Source: Octopus vulgaris (lineage: Eukaryota). Taken from it: a stretch of DNA of 64,000 bases. The position numbers and the translations under genes were made by a program. Shown one piece after another: positions 29,532 to 42,371 of the stretch. The stretch covers positions 24,738,001-24,802,000 of the forward strand of contig OX597829.1 of the NCBI GenBank assembly GCA_951406725.2, given 5' to 3'. Numbering within the stretch: the stretch's first letter is position 1; the number at the start of each line of letters is the position of its first letter. Under the pieces are notes generated by a model that ran no database searches, had not been told where the DNA came from, and was given only the letters and a program-made list of their open reading frames with translations.

Positions 29532-30561
29532 TATCCAATTCCTCATATCTCAGCTTCTTTACATGGTTGTACTGTTTTTTTCAAAAATTGATTTAGTGCA
29601 TGCTTATAATCAGATTCCCATAGAACCTGCTGATGTTCCTAAAACTCTTATAACCACTCCTTTTGGACTTGTCAAATTTCTTAAAATATCTTTTGATCTT
29701 AGAAATGCTGTGAATACTCTCCAGAGACTTACTGATAAAGTCACTTGAAGTTTAGACTCTGCATTCATCTGTATCAACGACTTGTTGATTGCCAGTCCAA
29801 CAGAAGAACAGCATGAACAGTGTTTATAACAATTGTTTATTAGGTTACCACAGAATGATGTTGTAATTAACCCCAGTAAATGTCTATTTAGTGTTCCTTC
29901 TATAGTGTATATTTGGACATATATCCAGCCATTGAAGTAAAAGTAGATGCAATTACAAATATTCCTGTTCCTATATCATTGAGGAAGTTGCAAGAATTTC
30001 TCACTCCTATTAACTTCTACAGATGGTTTATCCTGCAATCTACAAAGACTATATATGAGATGATATATACACTGACAACATTACTATGTAATTGTAAACA
30101 GAAAAATGAAATTATTTCTTTAACTTCAACAGAATTACAGTCTTTTAACATTGAAGAAAAATTAACTAGAATTACCTTGCTAGCCCAGTTAATATCAGAT
30201 GCCCCTTCTGTCACAAATGGTGGATGCCTCTGACATAGGAATTGGAGGAGTACTACAATAGTTTGTCCAAAATTCCTAGCAACCTCTTTGTTTGTTTGTT
30301 TCTTTTTATTTATTTAATTTTTTTTTGAAACATTTTAAGTCTACTGAAACATGATATAGTACTTTCAGATGAGAATTATTAGCAGCTTATTTGTATGTAA
30401 AACACTTTTACTATTTCTTGGGAGGAAGAACCTTCACCATTCAATAAACCATTAACCTATCATAAACCATTAACCAATGCATTACAATACAAAACAAATA
30501 AATATTCCCAAAGAGACATTAGACACCTTAATTATATTTCACAGTTTGCTGTGGATACATG

Positions 30562-31277
30562 TGTAGCAGGAGAAATTGATTTGTAAACAATGTTATGAAA
30601 TGTCGGAGTCAGCAGTTGTGATGATAAAAATTTGTTGTTATAATGGCATATTGCAGGATGTGAAAGATGAACAATGCATGAAGTTTTAAGGAAGTATTTA
30701 TTTACTGTTATGTTACAATACCTTGCCTCGATGGGCAGAATCCAAAAGCATGCGAAGTAAAGTTTGTGTTTGTGTTCTCTTCATTGTTTAGTAGTAATTG
30801 CTGTGACAGGTAGAATTATGTTGTAAGAGAACAGAATTAGAGCTAGTGAGGGTTGTAGGGTGTTGTCTCACAGTTGCTGACTGTAAATTTCATTTCTCCC
30901 TCTGATCAAGGTTCTAACTGGTCAGCCAGACTTCGTTGTCACCAAAGTGACTAACTAGTTGAGTCATCACCGACTGCTTTTTTTGCTTGGAGTGATCTTG
31001 GTTTTATAACTATCTAGAAGGATAGACATATCATTGTGAACAATAGATTTAGTTGGTGGTCTTGTTATCTCTATTCTAGCTTTTGGTGAAGTAGAAGAGG
31101 TTATAAGGGTCAAGTGGTGAAGACATTATTCCGGCCAAGCTAAAGGCAATCTAGTGAATGTCAAACTGCCATCACAGAAAAACCATTGTTCCACTGTGGG
31201 AAAAGTTCTGTTGAGGTGTTAATTTAAATTTGGCTATGGTGGATCGAATCCACTTCATGCATGCAAGATCCACTACA
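30562..31277. mobile_element. Solo LTR (716 bp)
   Basis: TGTAG...CTACA termini, TSD CATG/TATG; interrupts the Gypsy RNase H end (SQFAVDT|CH). Confidence 0.72.
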
Positions 31278-32199
31278 TATGTCATATGGTGAAAATTCTT
31301 CAGAATACACATTATTCCATGTTTATATCAATGCTTTGCACTCTGGTGATACTATTAATTTAGAAGAAATTACAACAGATCAGGAAGACAACGAATTATT
31401 GCAACTTCAAAATGTAATGTCATATTCTCTAGATTTTCACCTGTTACCACTGCATTCTTGTGTTTCACAAATATGGTGTGATACTTCTACTGTGTTTTCT
31501 AGACCTTATATCGTGAAAAACTATAGATGAACTGTCTTTTCAGCTCTTCATACTATATCTCATCCTGGTATTTTGGTAACAGTGAAACTGATTTTGACCC
31601 ATTTTGTATCACCAAGCAAAGAGAAGGATATTTGTAATTGTATATCACTACAACATCAAAGCACTGTCAGGCACTGCTGCTTGTTTTAAACATATCCACT
31701 AGGGTACAAATATTTGAAACCATCTGATAAGGGTACACCAGGCATATACATCATAATCATATGTGTGTGACATGGTGATTTCATATCAAGATAAACAATG
31801 CATGACATCGCAGGTGAGGACCTATTGGAATTTTCCTCAGGTCAAGTAGCTCATCCTGCTCAAAAGGTCTCTGAATAAGGTTTGTTTAAGGATGTTGAAC
31901 GACACTCTCATGTTTCCAGAAGTTAATTAATCAAACCCCAAAGAGTTCCTCTCAACACAGACTGTGTTGCTCTCTCACTACTTCTGATCATGATCAGAGA
32001 TGCACATATTGTCAACTACCAAGGGACATGCTCAACTACTTAACGTGAAACAATTGACAAGAAAATCTGTGGTATTAAACTGATTATTTGCTGTAGCGCA
32101 TCTTTTATACCAAGACAAAACATGTACATGATAATACTTCCAATCTGTTAAGATCAGAAGCCACGAGAGCCAGTGCCTCATATTAGATCAGGGCATTTA

Positions 32200-32945
32200 T
32201 TATTATTATTATTATTATTATTTCTTTTTATCTCTGGTTTTGTTGGAAATCCTGGAGTCTTGTATGCATAATGGGCTTGCTGCATGTAGCCTATGGTACC
32301 ATGCTATCTGTTTTTTTCAACTATCTAATACTTTCCTGATTATTCTGGCCATGCCAAGGAGGCAAGCCTTTTGTAGCAGTTCTACTGGGTACTCTATTCT
32401 GATTTCCTTTATATTCCTCTTGATGCCTTCTGATATTGTCTTCAAAGATCAAACAATAATTGACACTATCTTCACCTTCTTAATTTTCCATAACAGGGCT
32501 ATTTCATATTTAAGAGTACTGTATTTATATATTTTTTACCTTCTTTCTTGACTAATCATTTGTCAAAGTAACACGCAACATCAACTATATAACATATATG
32601 GTGCACCTTGTCCACCACCACTAGGTTCCGTCTGTTATGCTCTAACACCTGATCTGTTTGGATTAGGAAATCCCAGGGGATTTTGCAAGTGTCCGACTAC
32701 ACCACCTTCTGTAGTTTGAGCTCATACCACTTTTTGAACAGTTTCCAATGTAGCACTTTTGCTATGTTATCATGTCACCTTAACTTGTAGTGGTTTTGGG
32801 AAAATCTAAGGTATTCATTTGTGATATGGGCAATGGTTTCATCCACTCTATTACAGATGCAGCACAGTGGAGACACTTGCTCATTCCTAAGGTTGATCCT
32901 CTAATTCATGGCCAAAGCTTGGGTCTTGTGTTGCTAGGATAGTGC
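32200..32945 (-). mobile_element. RLE-type (R4/Dong-like) LINE 3' fragment
   Basis: Zn-knuckle remnant and DQVLEHNR...VVVDK endonuclease remnant; (TAA)n tail. Confidence 0.65.
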
Positions 32946-33399
32946 AGACCTCTTTACAGAAAACTAGCTTGCTCAGGCTTCATTAACCAAATGGAAGCAT
33001 ACAGTAAGTACAAGTTAGCTACTGAAAACTAGGCTGCTATTCGTCAAAGCAGGTCACATGGTGTTGCTAAAAGTGAATTTGGTGTTTCAGCAATACCAGA
33101 TGCATTAGAAAGGAGAATTCCTTGAGCTTCTTGGCTGGGCAGGAAGTTGGTGATGCTTTGGTGTCTGGTTGGCCTTTGGATGGATGAAAAGAAACATGGC
33201 TGCATGTGGGTACTTGTGTGCGTAAATATATAAGTGTATATGTCAGCTCTGTGTGTGTGTGTGTTCATGCATGTGTGTGCATTAATGCCTGCTGTATACA
33301 TGAGTGCACAAAAGTATTTAGGATGTATGTATGGATGTGTGCACATATGGATGATTGGTGAAGTGAGGATGCATTTATATGTGAATCACAACACCTAAT

Positions 33400-34080
33400 A
33401 CAAACTGATCGACCCAAATACTGGCTGATCAACTCTAAGTACAGGCTAATCAAGCCTTCTAAAAGTGAGATAGGCATTATCAGTAAGTATATTCTTGATA
33501 CTATCAACTCTGATATTAGAAGGGCCACAGGGTTGATGCAATAGAATCCCAGTAAAGCTGTGATTAATTGGTTCCATGAAATGTAGAACAAATCAACCAG
33601 CGGATTCATACAGTTTGACATCGTGGACTCCTACCGTTCTCTACCAAAACCTCTTCTCTTGAAGGCCCTGGATTTTACTAGGTAATTCACTAGTCAGAAT
33701 CATGAACACCAAATATTCAATCCTCATTCATGATGTTTCCTTCTGGGAGAAGAAAGGTGATCCACTGTTTGACATTTCTATGGAGAGTTACAATAGGGCT
33801 GAAATCGCTGACCTTGTTGGGTTATTTATCTTGCACACTCTCAAGAAATGTACACACCCACCCACACAAATTATCCCTTTACAGGGATGACAGCCTGGCA
33901 ATCTCAAGCCATATGAACAGCCATGATATGGGTGAGTTTAGGAAGGACCTGATAAAAATATTCAAAAAAATCCAGCCTGTCCATAATCGTTACCACCATC
34001 TTGACCATAGTTGACTTCCTAGACATAACACTAGACCTGAAAACAAGTAAGTATTAACCCTACAGAAAGCCCAACAAGGA
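33400..34080 (+). mobile_element. Degenerate Penelope-like RT fragment
   Basis: Fragments read RLI.PSKSEIGIISK, FIQFDIVDSY, FDISMESYNRAEIADLVG, SLYRDD, DFLDITLDL. Confidence 0.8.
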
Positions 34081-35199
34081 ATAATACTTCCAAGTAGAAT
34101 TACCCTGATTCAAATTCTACTAATTGTCCAATGATGTGTGACATAATTCTTGGTCCATACCGGGTATCTTTCTCATCCACCACTCAAAATGTTAAGTCAA
34201 GTCTATAAAGCAGGTCCATAATATTGTGTACTTGATGAAGAGTTGAAAAAGTTATAGCTATACTCTGAATAAGTTCAAATTGGGAGTAAATTATGGACAA
34301 TGAATATAAAAGACTACTTGTGGCAACCTCAATATATCAAATGATTTCTGCTCAATATAAGCAATTCAGTATTAAACTTGAATCAGTTATGTATTAGTGT
34401 TGTACCTGGTCCAATGTGTGATGTAAAAATATAAACACAGGTGTGCCTGTGTTGTTAAGAAACTCATTTTGCAACCACATGATTTCAGTATTTGTCCCAC
34501 AATGTATCTTCAGGTATAGTCCCAAATTTACCGATACCTTGTGAATGAATTTGGTAGATGGTAACTGAGTGAAAACTCATCATATATATATATATGCATA
34601 TGTGTGTGTGCCCTTGTGTTTGTGTTTGTTCTACACTGTTCAACAGCCAATGTTGGTTTGTATATGTCACCAGTTAAGCCAAAAGGAAAAATGACTGACA
34701 GAATAAATACCAAGCTTAACACTTTAGCATTCAGATTAAGTTGTCAAATGTAATGCTTATTTATCCACATTTTAAAAAATTAATCACATATTATCATGTA
34801 GCTTCAAGATTTTGGAGATGCGATTGTTTATTTTTAGAGTGACTTTGTAGAGTAGGTGTGAGAGGTCAGATCTGGTCAGTTTCAACATAAAACAAATAGA
34901 ATATTTGTCCAGATATAGCCAGTTTAAATGCTAAAGGGTTAAATGCAAGTACCAAAGTTGATTTGTTCAACCAAACCCATCAAAATGGTACCCAGCATGA
35001 CTGACTAAAACAAATAAAAGATAAATAAAAGATTATGAGCAGGTGTAGCCCTGTAATAAGAAGCTTGCTTTCCAACCACTTAGTTCTGGGTTCAGTCCCA
35101 CTGTGTGGCACCTTGGGCTAGTGTCTTCTACTATTGCTTCAGGCTGGCCAAAAGCATGTGAGTGGACTTGGTAGATGGAAACTGAAAACGCCAATCGTG

Positions 35200-35231
<32 letters not shown>

Positions 35232-35243
35232 CGTGTGTGTGCA

Positions 35244-35276
<33 letters not shown>

Positions 35277-35729
35277 TGTTTGAGTATGTTTGTGTGTCTT
35301 TGTGCCTATATTTGTCCCCCACTACTGCTTGACAACTGGTCTTGATGTGTTTACATCCCCGTAACTTAGAGGTTTGGCCAAAGTCACCAATATAATAAGT
35401 ACCAGGCTTAAAAGAAATAAGTCCTGGGGTTGATTTGTTTGACTAAAATCCTTCAAAACAGTGCCACAGCATGGGCACAATCAAATGACTGAAACAAGGG
35501 ATAAAAAAAATGTCTGTGATAAAACTAATATATTAGTTACCCAGGCTTGGTAGCCGTCTACCCCCACCCCCAGAGCCCACGATAATGATGACAATGACTA
35601 TCACTGCCACCACCTCTGCTGTGTTGTCTTAGCTCTCAATCTAAGTAGAATCTTATGGTTTGTTTTTCGTTTTTTTTATTCAGGTATGCCAGTTACCTCC
35701 CTTCTAAATTAGATTTAGAGTGAGTTCCC

Positions 35730-35968
35730 TTAACCCTTTAGTGTTTAAATTATTCTGTTAAATGTAATACTTCTTCATTCAAATTCATCATCATCAACTT
35801 GAATTAATCATGCATTATCTTATAGCTTTTGAGGTTTCAATGTCGTGATTGTTTATTTTTAGAGTGTCAATGTAGGGTAGGTGTGACAGGCTAGGTATCG
35901 CCAGTTTGAATATAAAACATGTAGAATATTTGAGCCGGATATGGCCGGTTTAAACACTAAAGGGTTAA
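35730..35968. mobile_element. piggyBac-like MITE (second copy about 34717-34942)
   Basis: TTAA-ccctttag...ctaaaggg-TTAA termini. Confidence 0.75.
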
Positions 35969-36427
35969 CCTAAAAAATTTTTTTAAAGTTCTTGATTAAT
36001 GCTATAAATAAGTAATGTGTTAATTCAAGATCAAATTGAAACTTAGACTAGCTAATATTAGAAGAAACCTTTTATCTGTTACCTTCTGCTAGATAATGAA
36101 AAGAAAAATTTCTGGTGTCACTTTGTGATTATCATTTGACGTAGTCATAAACTTCTTTCAGGTTTAGTGTATTGAAGAATTATAGGAGTTTCAGGTGAAG
36201 AAGCAGGCAATGTGTGACAATGTTGGTCTCACAGCCTATCTAGTTAAATTATTCATACTTAACAATATTGATTATTTTTTCTTTGTTTGTTACCCTTTGT
36301 GTGTGCACGCATGTGCATGTGCGTGCGTGTATCTGTGTGTGTGCACGCACACATACATGTGTATCTATGTATACATACATACACACATACATACATACAT
36401 ACATACATACATACACACATACATATA

Positions 36428-36473
<46 letters not shown>

Positions 36474-36518
36474 TAAATAAATAAATAAATGGAGTTGAAC
36501 GAAAATGTTAACAAAATT

Positions 36519-36609
36519 CCTTTACTCTCAACATGTTTCGAAGACAACATGGTTTTATTCCAAAGGAATAAACGGTGCAAGATGCAATCTTCTCATCAGG
36601 AAAGAAAGG
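36519..36609 (-). ncRNA. Type I hammerhead ribozyme (left arm of fold-back)
   Basis: Minus strand reads cctttctttc-CTGATGA-gaagat...gtcttc-GAAA-catg-TT-gagagtaaagg: intact core, 6-bp stem II, palindromic stem III (ACATGT), stem I of about 10 bp with one bulge. Confidence 0.8.
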
Positions 36610-36732
36610 GACCCTCTCTCAACAACAAGACAAAACAATAATTGCGAAGACTGCCTACATGGTAAACAAGATGTGTTTACCATGTAGGCAGTCATCGCAA
36701 TTATTGTTTTGTCTTGTTGTTGAGAGAGGCTC

Positions 36733-36813
36733 CCTTTCTTTCTTGATGAGAAGATCGCATCTTGCACCGGAATAAAACCATGTTGTCTTCGAAACATATG
36801 TCGAGAGTAAAGG
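36733..36813 (+). ncRNA. Type I hammerhead ribozyme (right arm of fold-back; C3U core change)
   Basis: cctttctttc-TTGATGA-gaagat...gtcttc-GAAA-catatg-TC-gagagtaaagg: palindromic stem III ACATATGT, GUC cleavage triplet. Confidence 0.75.
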
Positions 36814-36865
36814 AATTTTGTTAACATCTTCGTTCAACTCTATTTATTTATTTATTCATATATAA

Positions 36866-37010
36866 CACACAAATTTCTGCACATGAACCCGGAGTTTCTA
36901 CCCTTGGACAGGTCGCTTCAACCGTGTTTCTGACGTGAATTTGCTACCCTGGTATCAGTTCATCGAATTTTCCATGTTGACAGTAAACATAGGATAATTT
37001 ATTCACCTAT

Positions 37011-37012
<2 letters not shown>
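36866..37012 (-). repeat. Repeat homologous to 18575-18705 (sequence fused to the 5' end of the PLE ORF)
   Basis: Shared gggtagcaaattcacgtcagaaa(a)cacggtt and aattatccta; both copies abut (TA)n. Confidence 0.75.
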
Positions 37013-37047
<35 letters not shown>

Positions 37048-37189
37048 AGCTTAAAAGCTGCCCGATAGAAGGGCTCTTCATTAAGCCTTGGGCCCAACAA
37101 TGACACTTCATGCATTGAGTACATATTGAATTTTATCTCACTTGAACAATATTTTTCAAGCAATGAACAATTTTCTTCAAAACAATGAT

Positions 37190-38450
37190 ATAATTTGTCG
37201 ACTTGGTTAATGTGTGATGCAGTTCTGATCTGTGACAGGAGGAGGTAAGGATGTCTTGCTAGAATATGCTTCCTAAGGAGACAATTACAGAAGTGCTTCT
37301 CAACAAAGAGCAAGCTGCTATACTTTGAATTTGTTGACCTGGAGAAGGCCTTTAACTAGGTTCCATGCTCTGTAGTTTTGTGATTATTAAGAAGACTAGG
37401 TACAGTTGGTACAGTTGAATGGCTTGTAAGAACCATGCAAGCCATATACAAAGATGTCAGCAAGGTGAGAGGGCTAGTGACAAGTTCAGTAATGAATTTA
37501 GCATGCAAGGACTTTAAACCGAGCCATCCATTAGAACTTCTATACGCTGATAACTTAGTTTTCAAGGAAGCTCTTGAAGACTTAAAGAATAATTTTCAAA
37601 TGCACAAGCAAATCTTACAAATGAGAGGACTTCGTCTATCAATGACTAAATTTTAAATTGCAGCAAAGAAGGCAAGATGTTACTGCTAAAATTGATGTTA
37701 CTGAATATGCAGAAAAGGTGGGGGTAGGAATTCTATAGGGTGTGTGCAATATAAACTCTTTACATGTGAGGTGTAGACCTAGGTGGACAAAAAACTTTGT
37801 ATGTAGCAGGCATGTGAGGTAGCCACAAGTAAGATAATTCATAAAATAAATTCTTGAAGTTTTTCAAAGAGTCCCCTAAAAGTTATTGAAATCGTCAGTT
37901 TTCTAGGTAGTCCAATAAACAATAGATGAGAGTATTCAGAATACATAGTAGCCAGAGTAAGAATAGGATGTAAATAGTTTAAGGAGAATTACCTTTGTTA
38001 ACAATAAAGGGGTTCTTTTTATATTTTGGAGTGAATGGCAATTTGTGTAATGGTTGGGTAATGATGTGTGGTGTTACACAGTAGCTAAACATGGGCACTG
38101 AATGTAAAAGATGTATGAAAGTTGGGAAAAAAACGAGACCAGCATACTTTGCAAGCTGTGTGAATGAAGAAAAACTGGGTATAAGAGGAATGAGATGTAG
38201 TGTGTGAGAGAGGAGACTGAAGTGGTAGAGATATGTGATGTGTATGGAGGATGATAGTTGAGTAAAGAAGTACCTAGTGATCCATGTGAAAGGAACAGGT
38301 GAAAGAGGATGACTGGGAAGAAGTGTTGAAGTCTGATTTCATGATGTGGAACCTCACCAAAGAGATTTAAAGATCAAAACAAGGGACAAGATGCTGAGGA
38401 GGAAATCTCTCTAAACATGGATAAATAGAGATAAAACTGATGATAATAAG
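37190..38450 (+). mobile_element. Old degenerate RTE LINE
   Basis: FVDLEKAF and ELLYAD motifs with many stops. Confidence 0.75.
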
Positions 38451-38578
38451 GATGAGAATGGTGATTATATTGGCATATTCTTATATATTACAATGTGCAT
38501 GTGTCAGCATACCTGTGTGTGTGTGTATGAGGAGTTGTCCCTTCCATATAAATATGAAGATATATATATACACACACA

Positions 38579-39478
38579 CAGGGTATTTCCAAAAATTTGA
38601 TATCATTTTGCAATCAAATAACTTTGCCAGTTCTTGTTCAAATGACTTCAAATTTTAACAATAAGTGTAGAAACAGGTCGAAATTTTATGCTTAATGTTT
38701 GATATGTTTATCTTTTCAGGTATAGAAATGGCATTCACTGGAAGAGAAAAGGCAATTGTGTGTTGGAATATGCTCAGACACAGTCGAACAAGACTGTGCA
38801 GAGTGCATTTGTGAGAGAGTTCTCTAAAGAGTCACCAGCGGCAATGTAGATTTGGACATGGCACAAAAAATTCAAAGAGGAAGGCTGTCTGTGCAGGGCA
38901 AAAAGATCTGGATGACTGCTAATATCAGAAGAGACAGTCAAGTGGGTTCACCAAAAACTCTTGCGAAGCCTCAAGATGCCCATAAGAAGAACAAGTCTGG
39001 AAACCCAGATTCCTTCAATGACAGTTTGGCATGTCTTGAGGATGCACTTGCTAATGAAACACTACAAGCTGCACCATGTTCAGGCCATAACAGCAGATGG
39101 CAAGCAAAAGTGGAAACATTTCTGTGTTGATATGCAAGAGACTTGAAGAAGCCAAGTTCAAGGAACATCTTGTTTCCTGCGAACCTAGAGGAACTTGAGA
39201 AGAGAATCACTACTACACTGGAGACTGTTACCCAACACATGCTGCAGCATGTTTGGGAGGAGCTGGACTACCGACTTGATGTGTGCCGTATCTTAGGTGG
39301 TGCACATATTGAACATTTGTGAAATCATTCATGGAATCCACATACCTTTGAATTTTTCATTCAAATTTGGAAGAATAAATCTCATGTTGCTCAACATTGT
39401 GCCTGTTCAATTGCTTTGACTATGTAGTTTCTTTGATATTTACATTTCAAATGATATCAAATTTTTTGAAACACCCTG
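38579..39478 (+). mobile_element. Tc1/mariner-superfamily element, internally deleted (DUF4817-type N-terminus)
   Basis: TIRs cagggtatttccaaaaatttgatatcattt / aaatgatatcaaattttttgaaacaccctg; IWTWHKKFKEEGCLC...SG and C-terminal GGAHIEHL. Confidence 0.88.
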
Positions 39479-40316
39479 TATATATATACACACACACACA
39501 CACATGCATATATACCTACATACATACACAACCACTACTATTCATTCATTGTGTCTTCATGGTCTCTTTATGGCGAAAAGGTTTGGTAGATGTCAAGTTC
39601 TCTTCTAATATGATTTACTGTTGAGACTAACGTTCTTACATTTTACCTCTTCTCAGGCACTCCTATTTAGTGAGGATTTATGCTAAGAGTCGTCCTCCTT
39701 TTGTCTGGCTGCCTTCCAAGGAAACTGAATCCAGTAATACAGTCCACCAACAAAAGGAATGGCCATGGAAACAAAAGTTGCCCTAACATATACCAACTAG
39801 CCATGTTATACCATTAACAGAAAATCTCCCAAATATTTGGAGACGAATTCAGTTGCTATTTCAAAGAAAGCTAGAAGTTGTTTTGAGACAATTATTTCAA
39901 TTTATGGAGAGAAAATATTGACAGAGGGAACCAATTTCAAAATCTTATCAAGAGCATAAACCCTCACATTCACTATGGTGTTCAGTAATGATCAACTCCC
40001 CTTATATTTATTAATTCACCAGCATCTGTGTAAACCTACAATACTATTACAGGAACAAAAAATGAAAAAGGTCTTAGAGAAACATTCAGTTATAAATAGT
40101 AAGAAACAAGCGACATCAATAAAAAAAGTATTGATCAATGCAAAATGTTGTTATTAGTGACAAATGCAGTATTATTTCAAAATAGTAAAATATCTTTTAT
40201 GAAGTCAGCCAACTATTTGCAATGCCAATGATTTGTTAATCCTTGTTTTATATATATATATATATATATATCAGAAGAGGTGAAATTTGTCTAAGCATTG
40301 TGTCACTAGGGGATGC

Positions 40317-40360
40317 TTACTACTGATGACTGCAAATACATAGAAATCTGGATTTAGTAA
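40317..40360 (+). ncRNA. Degenerate minimal hammerhead ribozyme
   Basis: ttacta-CTGATGA-ctgcaaatacata-GAAA-tctgga-TT-tagtaa: 6-bp stem I, near-palindromic stem III, decayed stem II. About 45 nt from a (TA)n tract. Confidence 0.5.
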
Positions 40361-41129
40361 TTCCACTGCTACTTGATGATTCTAGTCTGCTACTGATATT
40401 CTTCTGTGCCTTTTTAGCTCAATACGTCAATATGAGAGGCTTTCTTGAGACAAATACCACAGTAAGATATACACAATCTATTTTGAAATAATATCTGTTG
40501 CTAATAACAAAATTATATTTTGTATTGTAGAGATTTGAACTCCAACCACAAGATATTCAGTTAGGGATCACAAGAAGGCCACCAGTTTCATGTGATTGAT
40601 CTATAAATTGACCAATCAGCATGAAGTTGTAGTAAGATATGGCTTCTTGAATGATCAAAATTTCACTCCCTTTTCACCCAATAAAAACTCATTGGCACCT
40701 CACTCAGTCAGATGGCCTTGGGCATTCGTGCATATGGAATTCACATAGGCCACTTTGGTTACTTACAGAAGGTAGACCACATAGAGCAGACCACCTTGGA
40801 CATTAGGACAGAGCAGATTGATCAAGAAACGACTTTGGACACTCACACATGATGTAACTCAGCTAAACTTCTACAAGACACAGTGTGGTTCTCTCCTCTC
40901 AGTTGGAAGTTATATTATCAGCATCTATCTTTTGTAAGCACTCAATGCAGTAAATTATATCCAGCATTAAATATGTAAAAATTTTAAAGTTTGTAGATTG
41001 TTTTATTTATTACATATGCAGCCAGCTAGATTGTGTGATGATGGTCTACAACGATATAACATATCAACAACACAACACAACATTATTCAGGGTACAAAAG
41101 GTTGTTCCACATTGTTTGCAGAATTAAAT

Positions 41130-42030
41130 TTCTTTGTCTCATATTTTAAGGTAAAGTGGGGTTGGCAAGAACACTTGAATGTTTGGTCATAATGTATCCA
41201 TTGTCCCTGGTAGGCAAGCCTTAGTACTTTCACCCAGCAATCGTCCTCTGCAGAATCAGAGATTTTTAGCCCTATGACTCTCTCTTGCTCCTAGTTTTGG
41301 TATTTTCCCACATTTTGGTACTGTGGTTGTCAAGTGTTAGCTATCCCTAACAGATTACTCCAACAATCTTCTGGTGCTTCCAGTATGTTTCTGCTTCCTT
41401 CACAGTTTTCTGCAGCTTCCACTTTCTGCCACACTTTACAGTCTTGTTGGCATGTTTGATTTTCTCATCCTCAGACTGTCGCAATGTACTGATTGCCCTT
41501 GTTGTCATGGCTTTGAATTCCTCCATCACTGATGAAATTGGTTAGTGGATCTTAGGCGTCTTGCTGTACAAATTGGCTGAATTGAAATTGGAGGGAACAT
41601 CCAGTACTTTCACATGAATTTATTGCACAGCCTCTCCATTGCTTCTACATAAGCCATGGCCTAGTCATAGAGCAAAAATGGTCAATGGAGTCAAGGTTTA
41701 ATGCCTTACTGGAAGCACCATCCTTTGAATCTTCCAAATTGCTGACTTTTATTAAATGCCTTTAGCTTGTTCAGCATTTCCAATATCTTAATGGTATGAT
41801 CATAGTTTTTCCCAAGGCATCAAACTGCTTTCTCCTGCATTGTTGGAATTCCAGATCCCTGAATGCTGAAGATATCATTTGCCAGCCTTCCTTTGTGCAT
41901 ACTCAGGCTCTGAAAGTTTGCTGGATTGGACTTCATGCATACCCTCTCAGTTGATGCTGACAAGACTGTTATGTCATTCATGTAGAATCTGCAAACTGGA
42001 TAGTCAATGTTTTCATCAGTTTTGGGACAT
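41130..42030 (-). mobile_element. RLE-type (HERO/NeSL-like) LINE fragment
   Basis: FYMNDITVL RT motif; GRKWK..K.V.EAE segment. Confidence 0.6.
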
Positions 42031-42058
42031 GATTTTATATATACACATATATATATAG

Positions 42059-42133
<75 letters not shown>

Positions 42134-42371
42134 TCATCATTTAACATCCATTTGGCTAGGCAGAAGACTGTACCATGTCTTTTTTGGCATGGTTTCTACT
42201 ATTGGATGCCCTTCCTCACACCACCCACTCTGCAAATATCTATATACTCATACATATGTGTTTATCTTCTGAGTATATTTAGTAATATGTATGCATGTAT
42301 GTATCTCACTAAATATATATATATATGTAATATATGAGTGTGAATGTGTGTAATTTATATATATATATAAA

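Larger units (their letters stand above)
28290..31640 (+). mobile_element. Degenerate Gypsy pol (RT, RNase H, start of integrase) interrupted by two solo LTRs
   Basis: DKLKIAK, PDKY|PIPHI, FSKIDLVHAYNQIP, TPFGL, DASDIGIGGVL, ELLAAY, IWCDTST, SHPG. Confidence 0.88.
36465..36864. repeat. About 400-bp near-perfect palindrome (inverted duplication) between TA tracts
   Basis: Arms are reverse complements around a short loop near 36670 (catggtaaaca-agatg-tgtttaccatg). Confidence 0.95.
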
